A DNA stretch of 64,000 bases, taken from assembly GCA_902788805.1 (NCBI GenBank), contig CADALO010000002.1, positions 66,349 to 130,348 on the forward strand, given 5' to 3'. Shown here in pieces: positions 36,015 through 46,000 of this stretch; the stretch's first letter is position 1; every line of letters starts with the position of its first letter. The notes under the pieces were generated by a model. The model made no database searches, was not told the origin of the DNA, and saw nothing but the letters and a program-made list of their open reading frames with translations. The position numbers and the translations under genes are program-made. This stretch comes from an uncultured Bacteroidota bacterium. GTDB taxonomy: Bacteria > Bacteroidota > Bacteroidia > Bacteroidales > P3.

Positions 36015-37883
36015 ATGTGTGGAATTGTAGGATACATCGGGGAACAGCAAGCCTACCCCATCTTGATTAAAGGGCTTCACAGACTCGAATATCGTGGCTA
36101 CGACAGTGCCGGAGTATCAATGATTAACGCCCAGGGCGATTTGAACGTCTACAAAGCCAAAGGCAAGGTCTCCGCATTGGAAGCCTCGGTAGAGGACAAA
36201 GACGTAAGCGGAACCATAGGTATTGCCCACACACGCTGGGCCACCCACGGCGAGCCCAACGCCACCAATGCCCACCCGCACTACTCGCAGTCCAAAAACC
36301 TGGCACTTGTCCACAACGGCATCATTGAAAACTACAAGCCGCTGCGCATTGAGATGGAGAAAAACGGTATGACGTTCTGCAGCGAGACCGACACCGAAGT
36401 GTTGGTTCAACTGGTTGAGTACACGCAGAATACACATAACTGCGACCTCTATACTGCTGTTCAGTTAGCACTGAAGAGCGTCGTCGGTGCATACGCTATA
36501 GCCATCCTCGACAAACGCAATCCCGACCAACTTATCTGCGCCCGCAAAGGCAGTCCGCTGATTATCGGTGTGGGCAGCGAGAACGACAAGAAAAACGGGA
36601 ATGCCGAATTCTTCCTCGGTAGCGATGCAACTCCCATAATTGAATACACCAACAAGGTCATCTATCTTCAGGATGAGGAAATTGCAATAATGAACCGCAA
36701 AGGCGACCTGAAAATCACCAACTTGAGTAACGTTAAGCAGACGCCTCAACTGGTGACGCTGCAGATGAACCTTGACGAACTGGAGAAAGGTGGCTACGCC
36801 CACTTTATGCTCAAGGAAATATACGAACAGCCTGCCGCAATGCGCATCTGCACCAAAGGCCGACTGAACGTTGTGGACAAAGATGTCCTGCTGAGCGGTA
36901 TCATTGACCATAAAGAAAAGTTCATCAACGCCCGACGCATCATCATCTGCGCCTGCGGAACATCTTGGCACTCAGCCCTTATCGGAAAGTATTTCATCGA
37001 AGAGGCGGCACAGATTCCCGTAGAAGTGGAGTATGCCTCCGAGTTCCGCTACCGCAACCCCGTTATCTTCCCCGACGATGTAGTGATTGCTGTGTCGCAG
37101 TCGGGCGAAACCGCCGACACCTTAGCCGCCATCCAGCTGGCCAAGAGCAAGGGGGCTTTCCTATACGGAATTTGCAACGTAATCGGCTCCTCAATCCCTC
37201 GAGCCACCGACAGTGGCACCTACCTCCACGTGGGTCCTGAAATCGGCGTAGCGTCGACAAAAGCCTTCACAGGACAGGTCATAACACTCATAATGCTCGG
37301 GCTGGCCATAGCCAAGGAGAAAAAGACCCTCAGCGAAGATATGTTCCATATGCTTGTCGACGAACTGCAGCAGATTCCCGACAAGATGCAGTGGACACTT
37401 GACAACAACAAGGGCATAGACCAATTCGCACAGATGTTCACCTACGCCCGCAACTTCATCTATCTGGGACGCGGATACAACTACCCCGTGGCACTGGAAG
37501 GAGCACTGAAACTCAAGGAAATCAGCTATATCCACGCCGAGGGATACCCAGCAGCCGAGATGAAGCACGGCCCCATTGCCCTCATCGACGAAGAAATGCC
37601 TGTCGTGGTCATCGCCCCGAAGCGCGGTATGTACGAAAAAATTGTCAGCAACATACAAGAAATCAAGTCACGCAAAGGCAAGATCATCAGCGTTGTCACC
37701 GAAGGCGACACCGTCGTCAAGGGAATGTCCGACTACTGCTTCGAGATACCCGACACACGCGACTGCTACGTGCCTCTGCTGGCCATCCTGCCGTTGCAGC
37801 TCCTCTCCTACTACGTGGCCATCGCCAAGGGCCGCAACGTCGACCAGCCGCGCAACCTGGCCAAATCAGTGACAGTAGAGTAA
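36015..37883 (+). CDS. glmS: glutamine--fructose-6-phosphate aminotransferase
   Basis: 622 aa. MCGIVGYIG N-terminal nucleophile, two SIS domains, C-terminal LAKSVTVE. Confidence 0.95.
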   Translation: MCGIVGYIGEQQAYPILIKGLHRLEYRGYDSAGVSMINAQGDLNVYKAKGKVSALEASVEDKDVSGTIGIAHTRWATHGEPNATNAHPHYSQSKNLALVHNGIIENYKPLRIEMEKNGMTFCSETDTEVLVQLVEYTQNTHNCDLYTAVQLALKSVVGAYAIAILDKRNPDQLICARKGSPLIIGVGSENDKKNGNAEFFLGSDATPIIEYTNKVIYLQDEEIAIMNRKGDLKITNLSNVKQTPQLVTLQMNLDELEKGGYAHFMLKEIYEQPAAMRICTKGRLNVVDKDVLLSGIIDHKEKFINARRIIICACGTSWHSALIGKYFIEEAAQIPVEVEYASEFRYRNPVIFPDDVVIAVSQSGETADTLAAIQLAKSKGAFLYGICNVIGSSIPRATDSGTYLHVGPEIGVASTKAFTGQVITLIMLGLAIAKEKKTLSEDMFHMLVDELQQIPDKMQWTLDNNKGIDQFAQMFTYARNFIYLGRGYNYPVALEGALKLKEISYIHAEGYPAAEMKHGPIALIDEEMPVVVIAPKRGMYEKIVSNIQEIKSRKGKIISVVTEGDTVVKGMSDYCFEIPDTRDCYVPLLAILPLQLLSYYVAIAKGRNVDQPRNLAKSVTVE

Positions 37884-37902
37884 AGCACCACAATAAATGA
37901 AA

Positions 37903-37932
37903 ACAGCGGGCCGCACGGCTCGCTGTTTTTTT
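37903..37932. terminator. bidirectional terminator shared by glmS (+) and the tRNA-Lys pair (-)
   Basis: acagcgggccg ca cggctcgctgt followed by ttttttt on + strand. On the minus strand the same stem is followed by TTTTCATTT. The T-run abuts the 3-prime end of tRNA copy 1. Confidence 0.75.
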
Positions 37933-37933
37933 G

Positions 37934-38006
37934 TGACCACGCTGGGGCTCGAACCCAGGACCCCATCCTTAAAAGGGATGTGCTCTACCTGCTGAGCTAC
38001 GTAGTC
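37934..38006 (-). tRNA. tRNA-Lys (anticodon UUU), copy 1
   Basis: rc = GACTACGTAGCTCAGCAGGTAGAGCACATCCCTTTTAAGGATGGGGTCCTGGGTTCGAGCCCCAGCGTGGTCA. 7-bp acceptor stem (one G-U), anticodon loop CTTTTAA, GGTTCGAGCC T-arm. CCA is not encoded. Confidence 0.9.
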
Positions 38007-38025
38007 AACGCATTGATTTTCCTTG

Positions 38026-38098
38026 TGACCACGCTGGGGCTCGAACCCAGGACCCCATCCTTAAAAGGGATGTGCTCTACCTGCTGAGCTACGTAGTC
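38026..38098 (-). tRNA. tRNA-Lys (anticodon UUU), copy 2 (identical)
   Basis: Identical 73-nt sequence, 92 nt from copy 1. Confidence 0.9.
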
Positions 38099-38129
38099 AA
38101 CGTATAGTTTACCCTCAATTTTGAGTTTG

Positions 38130-38137
38130 CAAAAGTA
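38130..38137 (-). promoter_or_regulatory. putative -7 box TACTTTTG for the tRNA-Lys pair
   Basis: caaaagta on + strand, 32 nt upstream of the 5-prime end of tRNA copy 2. Confidence 0.45.
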
Positions 38138-38443
38138 CTACTTTTTTAATTACTGGCAAAATATTTTTCAAATATCAGTCTGCATATTGGCTTATCGCAT
38201 TAATAATCAACAAGTAACAGATACAAATGCCGGCAATAAAAAACCATACAGCTTCCACAAAAAACACAACTGTCTTAACGGCAATTCTCCAAAATCGCAC
38301 TCTTTTTATTAAGCCGAAAACCGGTTGACATCGTATAGTCCCCTCATTCACTCAAAGCGAGATGTCAATTCCGGCTGCATCGTCCTAAAAGCCTCAAAAG
38401 CCACTACCTCATCAGCAAAAAAGCTGCAATTCCGATAAACCAA

Positions 38444-38473
38444 GTCTGTTTGATGTCCGGACATCAAACAGAC
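38444..38473. repeat. 30-nt perfect palindrome GTCTGTTTGATGTCC|GGACATCAAACAGAC
   Basis: Read directly. Arms contain TTGATGTCCG, the same decamer found in the 11594 hairpin. Confidence 0.9.
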
Positions 38474-38634
38474 AAATACCAGTGAAAAATCATCTTTGTG
38501 CCTTTCAAATTTCTGTTAGATCGCCCCGCCATCATCCACTCTTCCCATTTGCTCCACTAGCTTTTCCCGCATCGCTCAAAGTGCCGTTTTCTCTTCATTT
38601 AAATTTTTTATTTTGCCAGTTCAAAAAAAAGATG

Positions 38635-38642
38635 TATTTTTG
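38635..38642 (+). promoter_or_regulatory. putative -7 box TATTTTTG
   Basis: 31 nt upstream of ATG 38673. Confidence 0.45.
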
Positions 38643-38672
38643 TATTTCAATTCTAAACCAAAAAACCAGAAA

Positions 38673-39086
38673 ATGGACTATTCAATCAACATAAAAAAAG
38701 GTCTCGGCGACATCACCTTTGGGATGCCTGTAGAAGACGTTGTGACTCTGCTCGGCGAGGCAGAAGAGGTAGAAAGTATGGAGAATGCAGCCGACGAACC
38801 CACAACAATACTCCACTACAACGACGGCCTGCTGACGCTTTTCTTTGAAGGCGAAAACCCCGTACTGCAGTGCATTGACATCTCTGACGAGGACGCAACG
38901 CTTTTCGGTGAAAATGTTTTCGACCTTTCCGAGAAAGAGATCGTACAGCTTATGGTAAAAAACAATTACTTCGAACAGGATGTCGATGAGGAGGCCTGGG
39001 GCGAGCGCCGCATCTCGTTTGGCGAAGGCAATATAGATTTCTTCCTCGAAAACGACGAGCTGCTTGCCGTTGTTTTCGGCAGCTGA
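38673..39086 (+). CDS. hypothetical cytoplasmic protein
   Basis: ORF 38613..39086 starts at TTG. ATG 38673 (MDYSINIKKGLGDITFGMP...) fits the promoter spacing. Acidic, no signal peptide, no family recognised. Confidence 0.55.
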   Translation: MDYSINIKKGLGDITFGMPVEDVVTLLGEAEEVESMENAADEPTTILHYNDGLLTLFFEGENPVLQCIDISDEDATLFGENVFDLSEKEIVQLMVKNNYFEQDVDEEAWGERRISFGEGNIDFFLENDELLAVVFGS

Positions 39087-39089
39087 ACT

Positions 39090-39719
39090 ATGATGGAAAC
39101 CGCCCGCGCCCTTTTCCCTACCGCCTATTTCCCTTCTATCGCCCTGACTGCCGCTATGCTACAGTCGGGCACGATTGTAATCGAGCAGCAAGAATCATTC
39201 CCTAAGCAGACGCACCGCAACCGTACAGTCATCCTTACAGCTAACGGTCCAATGACGCTGAGCGTTCCCGTTGTGCGATGCAACGGCTCGCACACTAGAA
39301 CCGCCGACATCGACATTAGCTATGCCGAACACTGGAACCTGATCCATTGGAGGGCAATGGAAGCAGCCTACAATTCGTCGCCTTTTTTTCTATACTATCG
39401 CGACGGGATTGAACATATCCTGATGCAGAAATATGACCGGCTAATAGAATTGAACGAGGCACTTCTAAAGTATGTATTTACAAAACTGAAAGCACCCTGC
39501 ACCATTTCATATACCAATAATTATGTAAAGCCTAACGGCGATGCCCGCGACTATCGTGACCGCTTTTCATACAAGCACCCCGAGCGACTGCCCTACAGCC
39601 CCAGATACGAACAAGTGTTCTCAGACCGTATGCCTTTCAACAGCAATGTCGGCATACTGGATCTGCTCTTCAACTTGGGGCCTGAATCCAAAGAATACCT
39701 CTCGAAAATCACAATCTAA
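39090..39719 (+). CDS. WbqC-family protein
   Basis: 209 aa. FPTAYFPSI...IEQQESFPKQTHRNRTVILTANGPMTLSVPV matches my recollection of the WbqC-like family opening. Confidence 0.65.
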   Translation: MMETARALFPTAYFPSIALTAAMLQSGTIVIEQQESFPKQTHRNRTVILTANGPMTLSVPVVRCNGSHTRTADIDISYAEHWNLIHWRAMEAAYNSSPFFLYYRDGIEHILMQKYDRLIELNEALLKYVFTKLKAPCTISYTNNYVKPNGDARDYRDRFSYKHPERLPYSPRYEQVFSDRMPFNSNVGILDLLFNLGPESKEYLSKITI

Positions 39720-39748
39720 ATACCATAGTCTATGGCATTTAGACCCTT

Positions 39749-39764
39749 TGTTTCACGTGAAACA
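39749..39764. promoter_or_regulatory. 16-bp perfect palindrome TGTTTCACGTGAAACA (candidate operator, copy 1 of 3)
   Basis: Read directly, in the convergent WbqC/mnmG intergenic region. Confidence 0.5.
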
Positions 39765-39795
39765 GCCAAATATGCCATAATATTGGTATAAAACA

Positions 39796-39828
39796 GCCGT
39801 AAACATCATAGTCTATGATATTTACGGC
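39796..39828 (-). terminator. hairpin downstream of mnmG (candidate terminator)
   Basis: gccgtaaa c atcata gtc tatgat a tttacggc (8 + 6 bp), 29 nt after the mnmG stop, followed on the minus strand by TGTTTTATACC. A related CATAGTCTATG hairpin overlaps the WbqC stop at 39718-39740. Confidence 0.5.
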
Positions 39829-39856
39829 GTATTGTGGCGAGCAACTCCGCACTATT

Positions 39857-41743
39857 TTATCTGCAATTCATCATTATCAACAACACCGATATATCCGCTG
39901 GCGACACACCGCTTATACGCGACGCCTGACCAATAGTTTGAGGACGCATCTTTGAGAGTTTTTCCCTCGCCTCAAATGACAGAGCGGAAATAGAATGGTA
40001 ATCTACCCCGTCTTTCAACGGTAGGTTTTCATACTTCAATATCTTTTCCGCCACTTCTTTTTCCTTCTCTATATAGCGGTTGTATTTGATCAAAATCTCT
40101 GCAGATTCGCACACTTCTCGACGAATGGATTCTGGTATATGAGTCAGCATTTCACCCAAAGATGGCGACATTGTGAACAGGTCTTGCATAGTGATTTCTG
40201 GGCGCAATAGTAGATTGGAAAGCTTAACTTTTTGCGATAACGGAGCGGAATTATGCTCTTCCAAATAGCTGTTTGAGTCGTTCGGCAGGATTGAAGTCTG
40301 ATCAATGGCTTCTGACAACCTGGCTGTATAACGCAATTTCTCATTGACTCTTTCAAGACGCTCTTGCGAAGCCAAGCCTATGGCGTGCGACAGCGGCGTA
40401 AGTCTTATGTCGGCATCGTCCTGACGCAAAAGAATGCGGTATTCGGCACGAGATGTAAACATACGATAAGGTTCGTCAACACCCTTCGTTACCAAATCGT
40501 CTATCAAGACGCCTATATAAGCCTGCGACCTGCCTAACACGAATGCAGGCTTACCTCGCAGTTTCAGCACTGCATTTATACCAGCCATCAGCCCCTGGCA
40601 AGCAGCCTCTTCATAGCCTGTAGTGCCGTTAATCTGTCCCGCAAAATACAGGTTTTCTATGCGTTTTGTCTCTAGAGTATACTTCAATTGCGTTGGTGGA
40701 AAGTAGTCATACTCAATAGCATAGCCAGGCTTGAAAATCCGAGCCTGCCCAAATCCTTCGATTGAGTGAAGAGCATCCAACTGCACATCGAGAGGCAGAG
40801 ACGAGGAGAATCCGTTAAGGTAATACGAGTTCGTCTTGAGACCTTCCGGTTCCACGAAAAGCTGGTGTCTGTCTTTGCCGGCAAAACGTTCAATCTTGTC
40901 TTCTATAGACGGACAATATCTCGGCCCACGCCCCTGAATACGACCTGTAAACAGCGGCGACTTCTCAAATCCGGAACGGAGTATATCGTGCGTGTGCAGG
41001 TTTGTATAAGCCAAGAAGCAAGGCTTCTGTTCTGTAAGGGTTTTTGTTTGGGGACTGAAAGAGAATTTTTGCGGATCGTCGTCACCAGGCTGCTCTGCCA
41101 GAACACTAAAATCTATTGTCCGCCCATCGATTCTGACTGGTGTGCCAGTCTTCAACTTTTCAACCTCAAAACCAGCCTCCTTCAATTTATCTGACAAGCC
41201 AAAGGCGGGCCTCTCCCCTATCCTTCCACCGCTCAAAACAGTCTCTCCAATGAATATTTGACCATTCAGGAATGTGCCGTTTGTCAGCACGACAGCCTTT
41301 GCAGGTATGGTTATCTGCATCCGAGTTACGACGCCAGACACTACTTCGCCATTGGTTATAATATCAACGACCTCATCCTGCCACAGGGTAAGATTTGGCG
41401 TATTTTCGAGCACATAGCGCCAGTTGGATGAGAAAACGGCCTTGTCGCATTGCGCACGTGGACTCCACATCGCGGGGCCTTTAGAGCGGTTGAGCATACG
41501 GAATTGTATCATTGAACGGTCAGTAACAATCCCCGACCAACCACCAAGAGCATCAATCTCCCGGACAATCTGACCTTTTGCCACGCCGCCCATTGCAGGA
41601 TTACACGACATTTGGCAGATTGTATCAAGGTTTTGGGTAACCAGCAACGTCTTTGCACCAAGTCCTGCAGCGGCTGCAGCAGCCTCGGCACCAGCGTGAC
41701 CGGCACCTACAACAACAACATCATATTCTTCGAACCGCATCAT
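39857..41743 (-). CDS. mnmG: tRNA uridine 5-carboxymethylaminomethyl modification enzyme
   Basis: 628 aa. YDVVVVGAGHAGAEAA FAD motif. High-identity feel to GidA/MnmG throughout (GPRYCPSIEDK, FAGQINGTTGYEEAA). Confidence 0.95.
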   Translation of the reverse strand: MMRFEEYDVVVVGAGHAGAEAAAAAAGLGAKTLLVTQNLDTICQMSCNPAMGGVAKGQIVREIDALGGWSGIVTDRSMIQFRMLNRSKGPAMWSPRAQCDKAVFSSNWRYVLENTPNLTLWQDEVVDIITNGEVVSGVVTRMQITIPAKAVVLTNGTFLNGQIFIGETVLSGGRIGERPAFGLSDKLKEAGFEVEKLKTGTPVRIDGRTIDFSVLAEQPGDDDPQKFSFSPQTKTLTEQKPCFLAYTNLHTHDILRSGFEKSPLFTGRIQGRGPRYCPSIEDKIERFAGKDRHQLFVEPEGLKTNSYYLNGFSSSLPLDVQLDALHSIEGFGQARIFKPGYAIEYDYFPPTQLKYTLETKRIENLYFAGQINGTTGYEEAACQGLMAGINAVLKLRGKPAFVLGRSQAYIGVLIDDLVTKGVDEPYRMFTSRAEYRILLRQDDADIRLTPLSHAIGLASQERLERVNEKLRYTARLSEAIDQTSILPNDSNSYLEEHNSAPLSQKVKLSNLLLRPEITMQDLFTMSPSLGEMLTHIPESIRREVCESAEILIKYNRYIEKEKEVAEKILKYENLPLKDGVDYHSISALSFEAREKLSKMRPQTIGQASRISGVSPADISVLLIMMNCR

Positions 41744-41776
41744 TAAACACTTTATAATATAGAATATTACGCAACT

Positions 41777-41792
41777 TGTTCCACGTGAAACA
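41777..41792. promoter_or_regulatory. CACGTG-centred palindrome TGTTCCACGTGAAACA (copy 2, one mismatch)
   Basis: In the 52-nt ybeY-mnmG spacer, 34 nt upstream of mnmG ATG 41743. Confidence 0.45.
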
Positions 41793-41795
41793 ACG

Positions 41796-42224
41796 TCAAC
41801 AATTCATTGTCTTCAACAGCTCCAAGGACTCATTTTCCTTCTGTCGCATCAGAGCAGCATCGGCATCCAACTTATCTTTGAATCCTAACAAATGAAGCAC
41901 TCCGTGAATGACAACCCTGTGCAGCTCTTCTTCAAACCCGACAGCAAATTGCTTGGCGTTCTCCCCTACCCTATCAATACTGATCATAATGTCACCCGAC
42001 ACAGAGTCTCCCTCAACGGTATCGAACGTTATGATGTCAGTATACGTGTCGTGATTCAGAAATTTCACATTTGCATCGTAAACATATTCGTCCGAACAGA
42101 AGAGATAGTTGATTTTTCCGACACACATAGAATGGTTTTTTATCACTTGAGCAATCCACTTTTTCAAAAGTGGCTCATCATTGAGAGAAAAATCTATATC
42201 GGCGTTTGAAAAGTAGATAGCCAT
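41796..42224 (-). CDS. ybeY: rRNA maturation RNase YbeY
   Basis: ORF to 42245. ATG 42224 (MAIYFSNADIDF...) fits the usual YbeY N-terminus. Zinc motif HGVLHLLGFKD. Confidence 0.85.
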   Translation of the reverse strand: MAIYFSNADIDFSLNDEPLLKKWIAQVIKNHSMCVGKINYLFCSDEYVYDANVKFLNHDTYTDIITFDTVEGDSVSGDIMISIDRVGENAKQFAVGFEEELHRVVIHGVLHLLGFKDKLDADAALMRQKENESLELLKTMNC

Positions 42225-42416
42225 AGTATAAATCGATGAAATCAATTATTAGACAAGCAAACCTGTATATGGCATATTCCAACACAACAATCTGATTCTG
42301 TGTATAATAAAACAGGAATCAAACTATTATTCCTCAATTTCCACGAGACAAATAAGCTCGAGCAGGGAAACTCTACAGGCAAATGAAAAGAAAAAGGGGA
42401 AACAGATGGAGACGGG

Positions 42417-42884
42417 CTACGCATAGACAGTCTTTGGCGCATAATAGTTTCGCAAAGTCATAATCCGCTCCAAGGCACGAGAGGTTTCAATACCATTGAT
42501 GACAAAATCGAGACGAACGGTACTACCCCCGTTTTGGAAACTCAAACCATCAGAAAGAGTTTTCATCAAAAACAAGCCAGTACCCCTACCCTCTTGAGCC
42601 GGGATAGAGCCGTAACCAGAATAGTCAAAACCATTACCCTCATCGGTGACGGAAAAGTATACGCCGCCGTTGCAGAGGTCGCTTTCAATTGTCACATCCT
42701 TGCTCACATCACTATTGTTGCCGTGAACAATAGCATTTTCAACGGCCTGGAGCAGCGACATAGAAATAGTACCGGCATAATTATTGATGTTGTAAGTATC
42801 ACAAACGGCACTTACAAAACGTTCAACCTCTATCAAATTGTTAATATCAGACTGTATAACAAGCTTTTCCATAGAAAAATGCAA
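42417..42884 (-). CDS. HATPase_c-type ATP-binding protein, RsbW/SpoIIAB-like anti-sigma Ser kinase
   Basis: 155 aa (alternative start ATG 42872, MEKLVIQ). LLQAVENAIVHGN (N box) and DEGNGFD...GRGTGLFLM (G boxes). I found no STAS or sigma partner nearby. Confidence 0.6.
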   Translation of the reverse strand: MHFSMEKLVIQSDINNLIEVERFVSAVCDTYNINNYAGTISMSLLQAVENAIVHGNNSDVSKDVTIESDLCNGGVYFSVTDEGNGFDYSGYGSIPAQEGRGTGLFLMKTLSDGLSFQNGGSTVRLDFVINGIETSRALERIMTLRNYYAPKTVYA

Positions 42885-42899
42885 ATACTATCTCAACCA

Positions 42900-42907
42900 C
42901 AAAGATA
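42900..42907 (-). promoter_or_regulatory. putative -7 box TATCTTTG for the RsbW-like gene
   Basis: caaagata on + strand, 16 to 28 nt upstream of the two candidate ATGs. Confidence 0.4.
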
Positions 42908-43044
42908 CATCATTTTTTTGAAACACCAAGCATATTTCAAAAAAATTCTTAAACAACTGAAACCGTACAACATAGAGTCATACCAAAATAAAGTACGGGA
43001 ACACCCTTGAAACGAGGCATAAACGGGGTAGGGGAGAGGACGAA

Positions 43045-46000
43045 TCAAAACTTAAAGAAATAGTCGTTGACCTTGTTCTTATAGTAGTTATTCAACGAGG
43101 GAGGAGTGGTATGGAACAATTCCATATTCTTCTCTTGCAGCTTCTTATACTGTTCGAGGTCGCCTTGCGACGGCTGGTATATGTCCTTGCCTTCGGTACT
43201 CTCACGGCGATCCTCTTTTTCACGTTCCATCTCTGCCTTCTCGTGCTGAAGCAAGCGCGTCATAATTTGCTGTTGACGCTGTATTGTCTGACGCGTAATT
43301 GTCTTGTTAACAAGGTCAGCCTCAGTTTGTTCCATCTGACGCATAATATCCTCGACCTCCTTTGCCAGCTTGCTGTTGCCGCCGCTTTGGTTCTTCATTT
43401 CCTGCCCATACTCTTGCATCATACGGCGTATCTGCTCCTGCTGTGCAGCCATTTTAGCGAACTCCGAACTCATCGAATTACGTTCGCCAATCTTAGTGCG
43501 TCCGGGCTTGTTTCCTTGCTTCTCAAGCTCTTTTTTGAGCGACTGCATCTGCTTGTTAAGCTCCTCCTGCATCTGCCGCATCGACTTAGGCGAAGGCTTG
43601 CCCGACCCGGGGTTCTGGCACTGGCCATTCTTCATCTTCATACCTTGACGCTTGCAGCTTCCTTGCTGCTTTTGTTGTTGATTCTGACGCATTTGGTTCT
43701 GCATCTGGTCAAGAGATTCGGCAAGGACGAGCGACAAATTGTTCAGCGACGTCATAGAATATTGCATACTCTTTGACGGCGTAGTGTTGTGGAAACGGCC
43801 ATAAATTGACTGATTGTATTGCAAAAGGGCCGACATCGACTTAGCAATGTTGGAATTAACTTCGGCCAGCTCCTTGTTGACGACGGCGGCTACGGCAATC
43901 TGTCTCTTCGCCAAGGCGCGCAACGAATCCTCAACATTGCGGAAATCGTCCTTCAAACGGTTCTGGTCGACGATAATCTGCTGATACTTTGGATCCTGCA
44001 CATTCACCGCACTGAGAACAGATATAAGCGACTCTTGGTTGAAAGAAAGCTGCACAAGGTTCTTGAGCAAAAGGCGTATTTGCTCTGAATCCTCGGCAAG
44101 TTCTTGCTGTTCAATGTCCATCTGGGCCTGAGCAAGCTGCTCCGAAAGTTGGTGCAGCTCGTCAGCTGCCGACTTTTGCGACTTGGAAGCATCCTTTTTC
44201 TTGCCCTTTTTAAGGCTGTTTTCTGCCTCCTGTTGCTTCTGTTCTATCTGGTTCTGAAGCTCCTTGTCAGCCTTGAAATCCGATGGATTATCGAGTGATT
44301 TATAGTCCTTTTGTATCTGTTCAATATCCTTTTTCAGCTGCTGGAACTGCTCCGAAAGTTGCTGTTGCTCTGACAAATTTTGCTTTGAATCATCCTGTTT
44401 CTTTGACAGTTCCTCCTGCTTTTTGGCCAAATCCTCAGCCTTGTTCACAGCCTGCTCCACCTTCTTCTCCAGCTCAAGTCGCTTCATCAGTTCAATGTTC
44501 TGGTCAAGCTGCTTCTCAAGGTCTTCGTTCTTCAGTTTCATATTCTCCAGTTCTTCCTGCACCTTCTTCTTGTCCACCTCGTTCATCAGGCGGTCCATCT
44601 CTTTCATTAACTCCTTGATTTCGTCGCTCATAACCTCATCGAACAGGCGGTCAAGCTCTTTCTGTTTCTCCATCAGATGCTCACTCTGGTCGCGGAACTT
44701 CTCTTCCAGACGCTGGTTTTCCTTCATCTGCTGGCGCATCTGCTGCAGCTGGTTGCGCACTTCCTCTTGCTTCTTTTTGAGTTCCTCAATCTGCTTCTTG
44801 TCTTGCCACGTAAGTTCCTTCTTGTCAACCAGTTTACGCATCATCTCGTTGATCTCGTCCTGTAACTTACGCAGTTCCGAAACCGACATATCCGCCTGCT
44901 TGTTAATCTCAGAAGTCGACGAGCGCAAGATATGGTCAATCTCCTCTTCTGTAGGCACTTGTATCTCGAACGACTGCGACTGGGTCGATTTCGCCCCATT
45001 CACACCGTCGTTGTCCCACACCTCGAAGTAGTATTTTATATGGTCCCCCGGATTCAACGCAACCTGCGAGAAATCAGACGAATAATAAAACTCCTGCGAT
45101 GCGTCGCGGGTAATGGCAACCGGAACACGCTCTATCGACTTGATCGAAGTGTCAGACACGTTGGTCTTCAGCACAACAAACTCAAGTTTCGAGAAACCGT
45201 AGTCATCCTTAATCTGCCCTTTAAAGAATTGTCGCTCAGGCATCAGCGAATCGCTCATCTGCATAACGGCAATCATCGGGTAAGCGTCGTCAATAACCGA
45301 CACCGCATAAGTGAGCGTATCAGATACAATACGGCTGTTGTTGACGAAGAAACCGTATGAGAATGAGCTCATTGCCCTTACTGCTGCCGAAGTCCGGCCA
45401 TTGTCATTAGGTAGCAATATACGGGGCTTGCCCTCCGTCAAGAACACCAACGAATCGGCATCACGTGTCTGGAAAACCCACTCAATCCGCGTGCCTTTCG
45501 GGACCGTCAAATCGCCTTCATTCTGCAGCGTTTCGGCCTCTTTGCCGGTATAAGCAGGGTAGGAGAGGCGTGCCTGGTAATGCACCACCGCCGGGCGCGG
45601 CATAACCTCGAGCCTGTAGACCTTCGACACAACACCGACTGCCGAAAACTGCAACTCGTGTGAGCGTTGGATATTCTTGAAAAGATAGCTGAAATGCGTA
45701 TTGTCGAGCTTCCGCATACGATAGCTGACCCCGTCGACAAGGATGGCCACATCGTTCGGAATCTCGTCACCTTCGACCATTATATTGACCGTGAAATCCT
45801 CCTGTTGCGAAGCTGACAAATCGCTGTTTTCCAAAACAAAAGCAAACGGTGCAGGCTTTTCATAGAAGGTAGAATGCTTTATCAGACGCTTTGACGGCTC
45901 GGTGATGAACGACGGCGCAACGATAAGCGCAACAACAAGGAAAAGCAACGGCACCGCCACATACTTAACATACCTCACATTGCCGCGCAGGTCGATGGCC

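Noticed and set aside
37934-38098. A 73-nt exact repeat with a 19-nt spacer, which could look like a mini CRISPR or other repeat array.
   Set aside because: The sequence folds as a canonical tRNA-Lys(UUU) cloverleaf. There are only two units and no cas genes.
43111-45360. A cluster of + strand ORFs (43111..43776, 44283..44618, 44423..45031 and others) with S/L/F-rich translations.
   Set aside because: They are mirror frames of the K/E/Q coiled-coil region of the DUF4175-like gene. The repetitive GAA/AAG/CAG codons leave the opposite strand open.
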